A stretch of 63,281 nucleotides of DNA, the filler included, from Globobulimina sp. (lineage: Eukaryota): assembly GCA_003354225.1 (NCBI GenBank). It is 29 parts of 29 records of this genome, joined end to end, with 100 filler letters (N's around TTAATTAATTAA, not from the genome) between each part and the next. Parts side by side here need not be neighbours in the genome. Positions count along the whole stretch, not along the records: positions 37,168 to 39,252 come from PIVH01009122.1; positions 39,353 to 41,437 come from PIVH01009123.1; positions 41,538 to 43,622 come from PIVH01009124.1; positions 43,723 to 45,807 come from PIVH01009125.1; positions 45,908 to 47,992 come from PIVH01009126.1; positions 48,093 to 50,177 come from PIVH01009127.1; 23 more parts are not named here. One strand, written 5' to 3'. The translations under genes and the position numbers were made by a program. Every line of letters starts with the position of its first letter. Within the stretch, counting starts at the first letter, position 1. Shown here piece after piece: positions 38,258-49,590 of the stretch. A model generated the notes under the pieces. That model did no database searches and was not told the DNA's origin. It saw only the letters and a list, made by a program, of their open reading frames with translations.

Positions 38258-38580
38258 TATAGAAACCTATATAGAAACCTAGAAACCTAGAAACCTATGA
38301 ATAGCTAAGAGAGAGAGAGAGAGGAAATATATTTGCTAGAAACCTAGAAACCTATGAATGGCTAAGAGAGAGAGAGAGGAAATATATTTGCTAGAAACCT
38401 AGAAATCTAGAAACTGAGAAATGAGAATGAGAGAAAATATCTTTGTAGAAACCTAGAAACCTAGAAATCTATGAAATAAATCAGAATGAGAAGGAAAAAT
38501 ATTTGTTAGAAACCTAGAAATCTAGAAATCTGTAAATAAATGAGAGTTAAATATATTTGTTAGAAACCTAGAAATCTATG
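38258..38580. repeat. Minisatellite, about 55-60-bp unit built from TAGAAACC/TAGAAATC octamers and (GA)n
   Basis: About six units of TAGAAACCTAGAAA(C/T)CTATGAA...GAGAG...AAATATATTTG. Confidence 0.9.
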
Positions 38581-39487
38581 AGTAAATAAAAGTTAAAAAT
38601 AACTGCGCAAATTCGCATAAAAAACCATCAAAAAAGTATGATAACTTGGTTCCTCTCAAATCACCATTTTCCAACAAAAAAATAATAGTTGCATCTTTCG
38701 TGAATTTGGTGTCTGTATTTGCTGTGAATTTGGTGTCGAAGTCGCATAGATAGTTATATTGACTCAGGCATGTGTTGGTTACAAGTAATAGCACAACCAC
38801 TTTTTGTAAGGTTGACATGCTCTTTTACTATACTCCAGTTTTTCTCCTCTCTCATCATGAACATCTCATGTCGTTAGTAAATACTATTACAACCTATCTA
38901 TCCACTTTCACTCGAACCAACTCTTTACTGTCAATGCTATTTATCTCAAGATGGTTTTGGTGCGCATTGATAATAATAATTGCTATTTTATTCTCATCCT
39001 CACACCAACCAATTGAACAAAAAACATATCCCTCCTCATCATCAATCGAAACATCATTATCTGTGCCAGTATTATCACTGTTGAATGAGTTCCTAGATTT
39101 CATGCATTCATATTTAAATACAAAGTCAATTGCAATCATTAAAATAAATAACATCAACTTCGAATCATTCGGCGAAGACACCTACAGACAACAGACAGTT
39201 TACCTACGTTCAGCGTATAGCAACGAACCAATCCAAGCCATACATACATACANNNNNNNNNNNNNNNNNNNNNNNNNNNNNNNNNNNNNNNNNNNNTTAA
39301 TTAATTAANNNNNNNNNNNNNNNNNNNNNNNNNNNNNNNNNNNNNNNNNNNNCTCCTCACATTACATATGTTTGTTTCTTGATTTATTATTAATAAATTT
39401 AATAATATATTTCCATCAAAGTCTTTCTTTCTTTCTCTCTAGTTTTACAAAATAGTTAGTTACTTTACTCTAGTTTTACAAAATCAA

Positions 39488-40621
39488 ATGTCTTCAGATA
39501 TGTACGATAAGAAAATTGCACGAGGAACTTTAAAAATGTGTCCTCGATATATGGAATTTTTGAAAAAATCACAGAAAGATTTAATTCATCGCTATTCCAA
39601 ACATAATAAGTGTCGCTCGCAATGTATTAAACTATGTGTTGATGAGACATTATTTGAATTATGTAATGTATCAAAATTACAACATTTATCACGTATTAAA
39701 GTACCAACTTTTGTAGAAAAAGATGATATTTTATCTGAATCAATTCGTGAAATGAATTGTTTGATAAATAAAACACCAACAGTTCAAGCATCAAAATGTA
39801 AGGAAATAATAAAGACATATCAAGAATTTACAAAAAAAGCAAAAAATAAACAAGACCAAAATTCATGGAAGGTATCTGGTGAATATTTTTTTGTTCCATA
39901 TATTTATTCATTTATTGAATTTGTAGAAAATGATTACTTATCCTTTGTAAATGAAGAAAAAGAGAAAGAGGAAATTTTGCAACTCTGTGGTATTATTTTT
40001 GCACTGAAATTATTAAAAAAAAAAGTAAAATTTGAAAGAGCCAGAGAAAAGCCGCTAATTCGAGATAGAACACTCGTTAATTCTTCTTGTTTACATTATG
40101 CATTTAAAGCATTGCATAAAAAGTTAAATATACCAAAGTTTTATTTAATTGAAAAAGCAAAAAGAAAACAAATTAAAAAACAAATTATTTCACACCAATT
40201 TCATCACAATATTTGCCAATTTGCGCAATATTTATTTGATAATAATAATAATAATAATAATATTAATCATGGCAAAAATGATTATGATTTCCCCAATGAT
40301 TGGATTCATATTCAAAATGAAAATAAAAATAAAAATCGAATATTTCAAAGTACGGCAAATAGTTTATTTTGTATGGATTCAATGCAAATGCACAAGAATT
40401 GCAATAAAAATAGAAAAATAAAACAAGAAATACATATTAAACAAATGCGAAATATACCATTTAATGATAATAATGAGAATAATAATAATAATAATACGCA
40501 TAATGGAGGGTTTAAACTGAAATTTGATGTGTTACCAACAACGATAAATAGAATTGGTTCAGAAACCATAATGAATGGTGAGATAAATACAAATGATATG
40601 GGATATTCATTTAATAATTAA
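39488..40621 (+). CDS. Hypothetical protein with an Asn-rich C-terminus
   Basis: 377-aa ATG-initiated ORF; no recognised family. Confidence 0.6.
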   Translation: MSSDMYDKKIARGTLKMCPRYMEFLKKSQKDLIHRYSKHNKCRSQCIKLCVDETLFELCNVSKLQHLSRIKVPTFVEKDDILSESIREMNCLINKTPTVQASKCKEIIKTYQEFTKKAKNKQDQNSWKVSGEYFFVPYIYSFIEFVENDYLSFVNEEKEKEEILQLCGIIFALKLLKKKVKFERAREKPLIRDRTLVNSSCLHYAFKALHKKLNIPKFYLIEKAKRKQIKKQIISHQFHHNICQFAQYLFDNNNNNNNINHGKNDYDFPNDWIHIQNENKNKNRIFQSTANSLFCMDSMQMHKNCNKNRKIKQEIHIKQMRNIPFNDNNENNNNNNTHNGGFKLKFDVLPTTINRIGSETIMNGEINTNDMGYSFNN

Positions 40622-40944
40622 GTGCAATTAAGATGCATTGTGTTCTATTTTTTATTGTATGGTATATCTATCCATACAATACATGCATTTGCGTATTGGC
40701 ATCCATTCCATGCATATTATAAAATATGTATTGCATGCTGTATACGATAAATTTGTGCTATTTTTGAATGACAGATATTTGTGTTTTGTCGTGAATTTTG
40801 TTTCCGATACTTTTACAATTTATCCCTTTGCTACTCAATTTATACATTTTACATGATTTTTGATATAAATTACCTTTACTCCATCCGTCACAGAGACCCA
40901 TTGTAATATGACAAAGTAAGTATACCGGTGAAAACAAAACACAG

Positions 40945-41215
40945 TGTTTTATTAATTGTTTTATGTTGTTTTACAATTTGTTTTGTTATGTTTTATTGTG
41001 TTTCAGAAATTGTTTTGTATTGTTTTCTGATGTGTTTTGCATTGTTTTTTAATGTGTTTTATGGTGTTTTGTAAATTGTTTTAGGGTGTTTTACAATGTG
41101 TTTTATGGTGTTTTATAATGTGTTTTATTATGTTTTATATTGTGTTTTATTGCGTTTTATAATGTGTTTTGTGCAGTTTTACAAATGTTTTATTGTGTTT
41201 TGCTTTTTGTTTTGG
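40945..41215. repeat. TGTGTTTT-rich low-complexity tract
   Basis: Imperfect TGTTTT(A) iterations with strong strand bias. Confidence 0.75.
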
Positions 41216-41319
41216 AATTTGCAGTTAATTCAAGACAATAGAAAAAAAACTTACTTTAACATCATTCTTCTCAGTCTGCACACACATCAAACTGCAAGAT
41301 ACTAAAATCTAATATACGT

Positions 41320-41386
41320 ATCCACGTAGCTCAATTGGTAGAGCATTGCTTTACCAAATATGCAGGTTCGACTCCTGCCGTGGTAC
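41320..41386 (+). pseudogene. tRNA-like element with intact D and T arms but a shortened anticodon arm
   Basis: CCACG-TA-GCTC-AATTGGTA-GAGC...GCAGG-TTCGACT-CCTGC-CGTGG; only 17 nt between the D and T arms. Confidence 0.75.
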
Positions 41387-41537
41387 AATGGACATATATC
41401 TAATCAGTTAAGCAATAAGCACGATACGCAAATTCGCNNNNNNNNNNNNNNNNNNNNNNNNNNNNNNNNNNNNNNNNNNNNTTAATTAATTAANNNNNNN
41501 NNNNNNNNNNNNNNNNNNNNNNNNNNNNNNNNNNNNN

Positions 41538-43622
41538 AATAATTGGAAATTTTGATGTTGTATTGACAATGAAATGGGTGTATTGCCATCGTTGTCTTGA
41601 TAGTCGGGTCTGGCACCTTTACTCATTAAAATCAGTGCCATTTCACAATCTTTATTCGGATTTGATGGCTTATTATTTGCTAAAATATGCAACGGTGTCT
41701 CTTTTGTTTTGGGCATTTTAACATTGACATTTGCCCCCAATTCAACTACAATTCTCTTTAATTGTTTTAATGACTTTATGGGATTAAAGTTTTTGTTTTC
41801 TAACATATAATGCAATATGGATTTGCCGTGAGCATCAACTGCATTTACATCAAAATCTTTTGTTTCCAACAAGCTCGATGCACACAAATCATTTCCTTTT
41901 ATCATTGCTATAAAAAATGGTGTTAATTTCCACATATTAAAACAGGACGGATTTGCGAATGGTGCGGCGATTAAACATTGTAATATATCATTCCAACCAT
42001 AGGCTGCGGCATAATGTATGCAACTATTCTCCGATGAATCTTTACAATGCGACGGCGCACCGCGCAGTAACATATATTTCACCACACTTAAATGGCCATT
42101 CATGATGGCAAATACCATTGGGATTCTTCGATGCGTATCTTTGGCTAGCAAGGCACGCTTATTTTTTACGGCTAAACTATGTTCCACCAACACTTTGCAG
42201 ACCGCTAAATGTCCAAACTGCGCCGCCAAATGCAACGCACTTAATCGGTTTCCTTTCATCACTGCTTTTGGATTTGCGCCGTATTCCAATAACACCGACA
42301 CGACCTCACCATGGCCATAATAGGCAGCCACATGAAGCAATTTCTTATTTGATCGATGATCCAATGATTCATTCACCACTTCCTTTGTTTTTTCATTTGG
42401 TTTCGGATCATCCACATCATCAACACCTAATAAATAGGGGATATTGTGCGCTTTGCCATATTTTACGGCAATTAGTAATGGCGATATTTCGTCGTCATTG
42501 TTATCGCGACTCACTAAGGCTTTGACATCTAATTTTGCGCCTTTTTTGATTAAATACTTTAATGGTTCCGGTGAACTGCACGCCGCCGCAAAAAATATCG
42601 GCGTCCTCCTTAAATCATCCGTGTGATCAATAATATTTATTTTTGCTTCGCATTGTTCAATCATTTGTTTTAAATACAAGACATTTGGATTAATACATGC
42701 TAAATGTAAGGGTGTAATACTATAATTTGCATTGTTTGCTTTTTTTGTGATGGATACATTTCGAAATTCACCCAAATCAATGTATTCTTCCGCTAATACC
42801 TTTGAATGTAATTCGTTTAAGCCGGCAATCACTTTATTTGTGGATAGTAAGTGAATAAATTGCGTGACAATATGTAAATGTCCATATTGCGCTGCTTTGT
42901 ACAATAAGGCATTGTCAGATATTTGCTCAATTATACGCGGTAAACCATGGCGATGCAATTCCTTCATTAATAATTGGATAATATCGTAGGAAGTGCTTAA
43001 TTCCAATGCCAAATCAAAATGTTCCTCTAATGAGCGCGTCTTTAAATTGCTGATGTCATCTTTAATAAAGGCGTTATTTCCTTCTTTGCTGCCTCGCGAT
43101 GCTTTAACTTTTCTGACGCGATGACCAAAGGTAGCGGCACCAACATAACCACTCGATAGTTTCAATGAATTTGTTGGTAATGCGACACGGCCGTAGGCAT
43201 ATTTTGATTTCCTTTTTAATTTTAATAATAATTCAACCATACCGATGTTATTTTTTTTTATTGCTAAATCTAAACAATTTGTATTTACATCACAACTCCA
43301 ATTGATCCATGGATCGGATATATTTAATTTATCTAAAAATATATTTCTCATTAGTTTCTCATCGCAGATATTGACGGCGCGAAAAGCTTCCAATGATAAT
43401 CGCCTTAAACCATATAATAACGATATATTATCTGAGAAATTCATAAATGAGTCTTCTCTGTCTTCAATGTCTTGGATTTCGTCTTCAAACAACTTTTCTA
43501 TTCGTAATCGCTTAGAATTTGGCTCTGTGCGCACAATTTCTTTTTTCTTTCTTATTCTTTTCTTTGCTCTTTTTTTTGATCGTGCTTTTTTTAAACTTAC
43601 TTTTGCTTTTTCTGCTTTCTCT
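41538..43622 (-). CDS. Large ankyrin-repeat protein, internal fragment; resembles ankyrin-type PARPs (tankyrase/PME-5-like)
   Basis: Many TPLHLA/LLHVAAYYGH repeats. RKVKASRGSKEGNNAF and TPLHLACINPN are recalled from ankyrin-PARP proteins. The catalytic domain is not in the contig. Confidence 0.75.
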
Positions 43623-43722
43623 NNNNNNNNNNNNNNNNNNNNNNNNNNNNNNNNNNNNNNNNNNNNTTAATTAATTAANNNNNNNNNNNNNNNNNNNNNN
43701 NNNNNNNNNNNNNNNNNNNNNN

Positions 43723-45321
43723 CAATTAGTTAAGGTGGAGACGCAAAAGGCGAAGAAAAAAATAGATAAAGACGCCATCATCAAGGAACTCAACCTTTTG
43801 ATCAACACTCTGAGAGCGGATATGGAGCAGCAAAATAAATATATTCTGCAGCTAAAAACACAAATAAATGATACCGACAACGAAGCTGCACCGTTGACTG
43901 AGACGGAACAAAAGGAATTCGCGCACAAACTACCTGGCAAAGAGAGGCATTCATTAGTTTTATTCCAGAAATTGGATGAATTAAGCAAACAATTATCAGA
44001 GGCCGAAGCAGAAGAAGCAGTGTGGACGGTGTCTGCGGAGGATATCAATGCGGGAACGTTGAAAGAAGACGATATGAAGGAAATATTCGACCAATTCGAC
44101 ACCGATTGCGGTGGCAGCATCGATGCGGAAGAGCTGCAAAACGCGCTGCAATCCATGGGTAAAAATTTGAGCATGGAGGAAGTGAACGAGTTGATTGAGG
44201 AAATCGATATTGATGGCAACGGAGAAGTGGATTTTGAAGAGTTCCAATTAATGGCCGGCAAGGCGTGGTTTGTGGACGCTTTCCAGAGTACATTGGTGGA
44301 ACAGATGCAAAAGGCACTGCAATCCGCCATGGCTATCAACGAAGAGAAGGATGGCGACATTGAGCTGTATGAAGATAAGGACAATGATGAGCTGATTGAG
44401 GAAATCCAAGAGCGGAAGCAGACAATTATGGATTTGCAGAATGAATTGCAAGCTATGAAGGTGAACGAGAGTGAGGAGCCAGATGCGTATAACGAGAGCA
44501 GTGAGCAGTTAGAAAGTTGTGTGGAGGACATGCAAATTGAAATTAATGCGTTTAAAAACGTCAAGCAAGACATGGATGAAAAGGCAGTGAAGCAGACACA
44601 AGAAATTAGTAAATTGTTGAAGGAGATTGAAAGTGGTACGGATATGCAGCAAATGTTGGTGGATTTGGAGGGTAAAATGGATGCGATGCAGTCTGTGAAT
44701 AATGGCTTAAACGAGGAGTTGATTGGGGTGCAAACAGAGAATAAGCAGATTAAAATTGATATGGATTTGTTACAGGATACGAATGAGAGTTTGCAGAGTG
44801 AGATGGATAAAAATAATGAGTTGGAAGAGAGGATAAATGAATTGGGACATTTGGAGGGAGAGTTTGAGAGATTACAGACAGAGAATGTCGGATTGCAAAA
44901 TGATTTGAAATCTGTAGCGATGCTAAAAATGAGTATGGAGCAGGAGATGGAGGACAATGTTAAGCAAAGCAATGGAGAAAATAATAAGTTGTTAAACGAG
45001 ATTGAAATATTGAAAGAGGGGCAACAGCAAAGCAATAAAAATAGGCAGGATTTGGAAAAAGATATGAAAAATATGAAGTATATGTTGTTGGAGTTTGAGG
45101 GTAAAATGGATGTAATGCAAGAAGAGAATCAAGAATTAAAAATGAATGTAAGTTTGTTAGAAAACGATTTGAAATCATTGACAATATCGAAAATAAATGT
45201 GATTAAAGGATGTAATGAGCAAATAAATTTATTGAGGAAAGGCGTCGTTGTTTATCAAAGACAAACAGAAAACGGTCGTTTGAAGTTTCCATTTAGTGTT
45301 GATTTCAAATGGGAAGATTGA
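43723..45321 (+). CDS. EF-hand pair plus long coiled-coil protein, 5'-partial
   Basis: FDTDCGGSIDAEEL and IDIDGNGEVDFEEF canonical EF loops, followed by heptad-rich sequence. Confidence 0.85.
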   Translation, partial: QLVKVETQKAKKKIDKDAIIKELNLLINTLRADMEQQNKYILQLKTQINDTDNEAAPLTETEQKEFAHKLPGKERHSLVLFQKLDELSKQLSEAEAEEAVWTVSAEDINAGTLKEDDMKEIFDQFDTDCGGSIDAEELQNALQSMGKNLSMEEVNELIEEIDIDGNGEVDFEEFQLMAGKAWFVDAFQSTLVEQMQKALQSAMAINEEKDGDIELYEDKDNDELIEEIQERKQTIMDLQNELQAMKVNESEEPDAYNESSEQLESCVEDMQIEINAFKNVKQDMDEKAVKQTQEISKLLKEIESGTDMQQMLVDLEGKMDAMQSVNNGLNEELIGVQTENKQIKIDMDLLQDTNESLQSEMDKNNELEERINELGHLEGEFERLQTENVGLQNDLKSVAMLKMSMEQEMEDNVKQSNGENNKLLNEIEILKEGQQQSNKNRQDLEKDMKNMKYMLLEFEGKMDVMQEENQELKMNVSLLENDLKSLTISKINVIKGCNEQINLLRKGVVVYQRQTENGRLKFPFSVDFKWED

Positions 45322-45640
45322 TTGTTTGTTTTTATAATTATACTTTTTGTTTTGTGTTTGTTTGACTGCGTTTCTGCAATTCTGTATACATTAATATATT
45401 TGTGTTATTATTGCTTTTTTGTTGCAATTAAATGTATGTGCTTTTGATCTGCTTTGATGGAGGAAACGCGAATATTGATATTCCAATCACTAAAAGCTTT
45501 GAAATATTGCCTCAACGTCAGACCTTTCGCTCGCTAGCATTAAAACAAAAACAAATTAGAATCAAAACATCAAGAATTAGTGGAAAACTATAAGTTATAT
45601 AACTTTATCAAAACAAACAAACAAACAAAGAAAGAGAGAA

Positions 45641-45807
45641 TTAAATAGTGGGCGTAGGCGGATCGCTTACTTTCGGATCACAATAATTCTGATTGATAAA
45701 TTCCAAGGTGATAGATTTGGGTCTTTCGATGGGCGAAAACAAGGCGCGATCGATGACATAATTGGATAACACGCCAATGGCTCTCCCCATTCCAAACAAA
45801 ACCGTAT
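45641..45807 (-). CDS. CS: Citrate synthase (eukaryotic/mitochondrial type) C-terminal fragment, not in the ORF track
   Basis: Manual translation [31 protein letters not shown] matches YTVLFGVSRALG...RALG.PLERPKS. Confidence 0.85.
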
Positions 45808-46589
45808 NNNNNNNNNNNNNNNNNNNNNNNNNNNNNNNNNNNNNNNNNNNNTTAATTAATTAANNNNNNNNNNNNNNNNNNNNNNNNNNNNNNNNNNNNN
45901 NNNNNNNACCAAATTTAGTTTCTTTGCCAACAGTGCAACAAGCAAAGTTTTTTTTTATTTTGCGATCTTTGTATTTCAGTATAGTAGTAATAGTAATAGA
46001 TAGATAACTCTCGTGATATTCGAATCAGTTGGATATTAGTGAATCAAACAAATTATATTGTTTAATTTAAAAACAAATTTGTTTCGTATTTGGAACAGAA
46101 TATATTTACATCATCAATTTGGAATTTGGAATTTGGATTCATTTACAAAAATTATTTGCCACATATCTACTAGTATTTGCTGCATAGTATTGACAAAAAC
46201 AGTATTTATTACATTGCATATAAATTATCATTATGACTCAGCCGGCGAAAAAGACACATGCATATAAGAAACGGTCTGATACATATATTAATATATAAGT
46301 AACAGTCTGGCCAAAAACAGTAATCATGATTGGTTAAAATCTGTATTGTTGTGATATTCAGATACACACTTCAATTTGATAGATAATAATGAACCAGATG
46401 TATATAATATGATATTATTTGCCTTTTTTGAAAAGACAAACATCAAAAATCTGGTTCATTATCCATTTTGTATTTTTTTGAATATTGACAACCTCCGTTT
46501 TGCATAATTATATATATAACTCTGCGTTCCTCAGAATTGAACCATCTGCATATATATACATCAGTTAGTGTTTTTGGTCTGACAGTGTT

Positions 46590-47828
46590 TTAAGATCACA
46601 CGTTGGCGTTGCTGCGCAGATTAAAGTTCCAGATGATACTCCGAAAACATCAGGTGATGCCGAAGAAATAGGAACGAGTGGTACTTCTGATGATGAAGAC
46701 ATTCTAAATGTATTATGGTCTGAAACAGAATCAGATGTTACTATTATAAAAGAGATCGAAGCCAAAAGTGAAGGAGATACAAAGATACCAGCTGTACTAC
46801 AGTTGCCTACAGGAGATATTTTCACTCGGACAGATAGTATAAAGTCAATGACATCTCAAGTATCATCAATATTTGGTGAATCATATGATAATATTATAAT
46901 GGATATATTGTTGGCAGAAAATGATTTAGCTGGCTTCTGTTTGATATGGATCATTGTATTGATTTGTATCACACTTTTGAGAATTGTAGAGAATGAGAAT
47001 GTGATTGATACAAATTGGTATACAATAATAAGCATACCATGTATACTATGCTTATGGACCTGGATATTCAGTTATATCATGACAAAATATACATTATCAC
47101 ACGGTCGCAGAGAATCTATGAAAATTGCATCATTTTATATACCATTTATGTGCAAGATCTTGTCAGCAATGATATTGTTTGCTCGTTTAATGTATGATAT
47201 CGCAAAGCGAGTAGGTGATGATAGTAAATATAGTAAATTTTATATGTGTGATTCATCATTAATAGTTATGTATGTTACTTGTGTATTATCAGTGGTAACA
47301 TCAGAGATAATAATCACCACAGTTATGTTAAATTCAATCTTAAATATCGATCAATTTCTATTATTTTGTCGAGGAAACGCATTATTTATAAATACTTTTT
47401 TATTTATAAGTCGGCCTATATTATGGACATATAATCGTGTGATTGTAATGTTTATTTCATTTTATATATATTATTATTTATTATTTGGCATTGCACCAAT
47501 TTGTTTATCTTTTTGTGACATATATGATATACAGTTATTGTACAATATTGGCATATTTACGTTGTTGTTACCTTTTCGTAATCTCAACATTTTTTATCTA
47601 TTTGAATTTCAGAAATGGAACTTTAAATTATCACAATATAATAATAGCACACAAGAGATATATGCAGTTATTCAGCACGTATTGATATTTACCACCATAT
47701 TTGATACTATTATGGATGTTTGGAGTATTTATTTAGTATCAAAAGATAAATATGAATTTAATAAACATAACCAAGAAATAGAGAAACATGTACCTGAACC
47801 TATTTATTTGTTAAAACAATCAAAATGA
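46590..47828 (+). CDS. Multi-pass membrane protein of unknown function; start uncertain
   Basis: Long ORF with several hydrophobic segments and an acidic N-terminal part. Confidence 0.55.
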   Translation, partial: LRSHVGVAAQIKVPDDTPKTSGDAEEIGTSGTSDDEDILNVLWSETESDVTIIKEIEAKSEGDTKIPAVLQLPTGDIFTRTDSIKSMTSQVSSIFGESYDNIIMDILLAENDLAGFCLIWIIVLICITLLRIVENENVIDTNWYTIISIPCILCLWTWIFSYIMTKYTLSHGRRESMKIASFYIPFMCKILSAMILFARLMYDIAKRVGDDSKYSKFYMCDSSLIVMYVTCVLSVVTSEIIITTVMLNSILNIDQFLLFCRGNALFINTFLFISRPILWTYNRVIVMFISFYIYYYLLFGIAPICLSFCDIYDIQLLYNIGIFTLLLPFRNLNIFYLFEFQKWNFKLSQYNNSTQEIYAVIQHVLIFTTIFDTIMDVWSIYLVSKDKYEFNKHNQEIEKHVPEPIYLLKQSK

Positions 47829-48779
47829 ATAAAATACACAAACAATTAATTATTTATTTATATATATATGATATATTTCAATGTTAAAAAAAAATATTTA
47901 TTTTTCTTTGTTTGGATTATAGTTTTGTATACTATTGTATGTACTGGATAACTCAATTCAAATATCGCAAACCAACCCAAATTCCGATTAGTNNNNNNNN
48001 NNNNNNNNNNNNNNNNNNNNNNNNNNNNNNNNNNNNTTAATTAATTAANNNNNNNNNNNNNNNNNNNNNNNNNNNNNNNNNNNNNNNNNNNNTTTGTTGA
48101 GACGGTACCAACGGCTTCGTCCGATATTTGATAACCTTTATTTATAATAATTGTTTCAATGATTACATAGAAGATAACCAGGATGACTATGAACCAATAT
48201 ATTGCTGCAATCCTCCAATTTTCCACTTCTACTTCACGTGCAGAATGGTCTTTATATATATTTGTTTGCAAAATCAGCAAATTGGAACAAATTGAAGCAA
48301 ATTGAAACATACATTTTTGTAATTCTTTTGGACAAATATTTCCCATTGGTCTTATTACGTTGTATTGTGATAAATGAGTATTACGACGACATGATATTAC
48401 AAAAAAAACATGAAAGGCTTTTAGTTTTTAATTTTAGTTGTCGATGATACAATATTCATTATGGTGGTAAATTGAACTTATATTATATATGATCAATAAC
48501 AGCAAAGATAGAAAAATGGTGATATTCGCACATTATAATGACAAATCTCAAAACAATGTCTATATGTTAACGTTTTATTATATGTATATTTTGCAAATAG
48601 TCTCAATTGATCGGGCTTTGGTGGAAATGCATGTTGTTCCATATATTTTAAATATATACCATTTAACTCTTTGCCTCCTTTTATATTATTTTCTTTCACA
48701 ATATATGTAATATTGCTATCTGGTACCACTCCATTTGGATTCTTTGTGCAATGCTTTCCGTGCCACCTCGAAACTTTAT

Positions 48780-49211
48780 GCGTCACCAAACGGAAAAATT
48801 GACCGCAAATCACTTCCTGAACCGAAAAAGGAAAAACTTGTTACAGATGATACATTTTTTAACCCTGAAACTAGCATAGAAAAAGATCTGTCTCTATTAT
48901 GGGGGCAGATATTAAAGCTAAAATCTGTCAGTACACATTCCAATTTTTTTGAGATTGGCGGAAATTCTCTTCTTTCAGTGCAGCTTACAGCCTTAATTGA
49001 AAAAGAAATAGGGATTTCAATTCCAACTGTAAAATTCTTTCAGTATCCGACTATTGCCAGCCTGAGTAAATACATCGACCAATTAAAAGACAATTCAAGG
49101 TTAAAAGAAAGCCAGTTGGAAAATAGACACAACCAAATAACAAATACCGTAAAGAAAAGACAGCTTGCTCACCAGAGGATGAGATTGAAAAGGGGAAAAA
49201 CTATCAGATGA
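48780..49211 (+). CDS. Bacterial NRPS 3' end: A-domain A10 motif, peptidyl carrier domain and basic docking-like tail
   Basis: PNGKIDRKSLP, LWGQILK...NFFEIGGNSLL (phosphopantetheinyl Ser) and FFQYPTIASL. Confidence 0.9.
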   Translation, partial: ASPNGKIDRKSLPEPKKEKLVTDDTFFNPETSIEKDLSLLWGQILKLKSVSTHSNFFEIGGNSLLSVQLTALIEKEIGISIPTVKFFQYPTIASLSKYIDQLKDNSRLKESQLENRHNQITNTVKKRQLAHQRMRLKRGKTIR

Positions 49212-49360
49212 CATTTCACTAATTAGACTATATTCAGTTAAGATGCTTTTTACATATATTGATTGATTTTTAGCCAACGACATAACTATTTTACCATTTC
49301 TGCTAACTACCCGAAAAAATCAATTTTATCACCCGAGGAAAAGTCATATCTCTTGTGTGT

Positions 49361-49590
49361 CATAATAGAATTATGAAAAAGCTGCCGGCCTTATCCTTTT
49401 GAGATGAGGATCAGGGCGGTCAAACTACATTTAGAGGAAGGGTAGTTAGCCACCAACCGGTGATATGAGGCAGACGAGTCTTGGCCAGAAACCTGGTGAA
49501 GCCACTGAATAGTGGGTAATGTATAACGCTTGTACGGCAAAGCAAAATCAAGATAGTCTGTTGCCGTTTTATTGCTACCCGGGCACTACA
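49361..49590 (+). ncRNA. Structured non-coding element resembling an IS110-family left-end non-coding region (bridge-RNA-like); no recombinase ORF follows
   Basis: Nested stems ATCCT/AGGAT, GCAGAC-GTCTTG/CAAGAT-GTCTGT, CCACT/AGTGG and GGGTAG/CTACCC; CATAAT -10-like box at 49361. The motif string is recalled from IS110 leaders and was not searched. Confidence 0.6.

Noticed and set aside
43671-45035. 454-aa minus-strand ORF
   Set aside because: Antisense shadow of the coiled-coil/EF-hand gene.
49332-49346. RNase P RNA start (GAGGAAAAGTC)
   Set aside because: The match to GAGGAAAGTCC is imperfect and the 3' P4 partner motif is absent.
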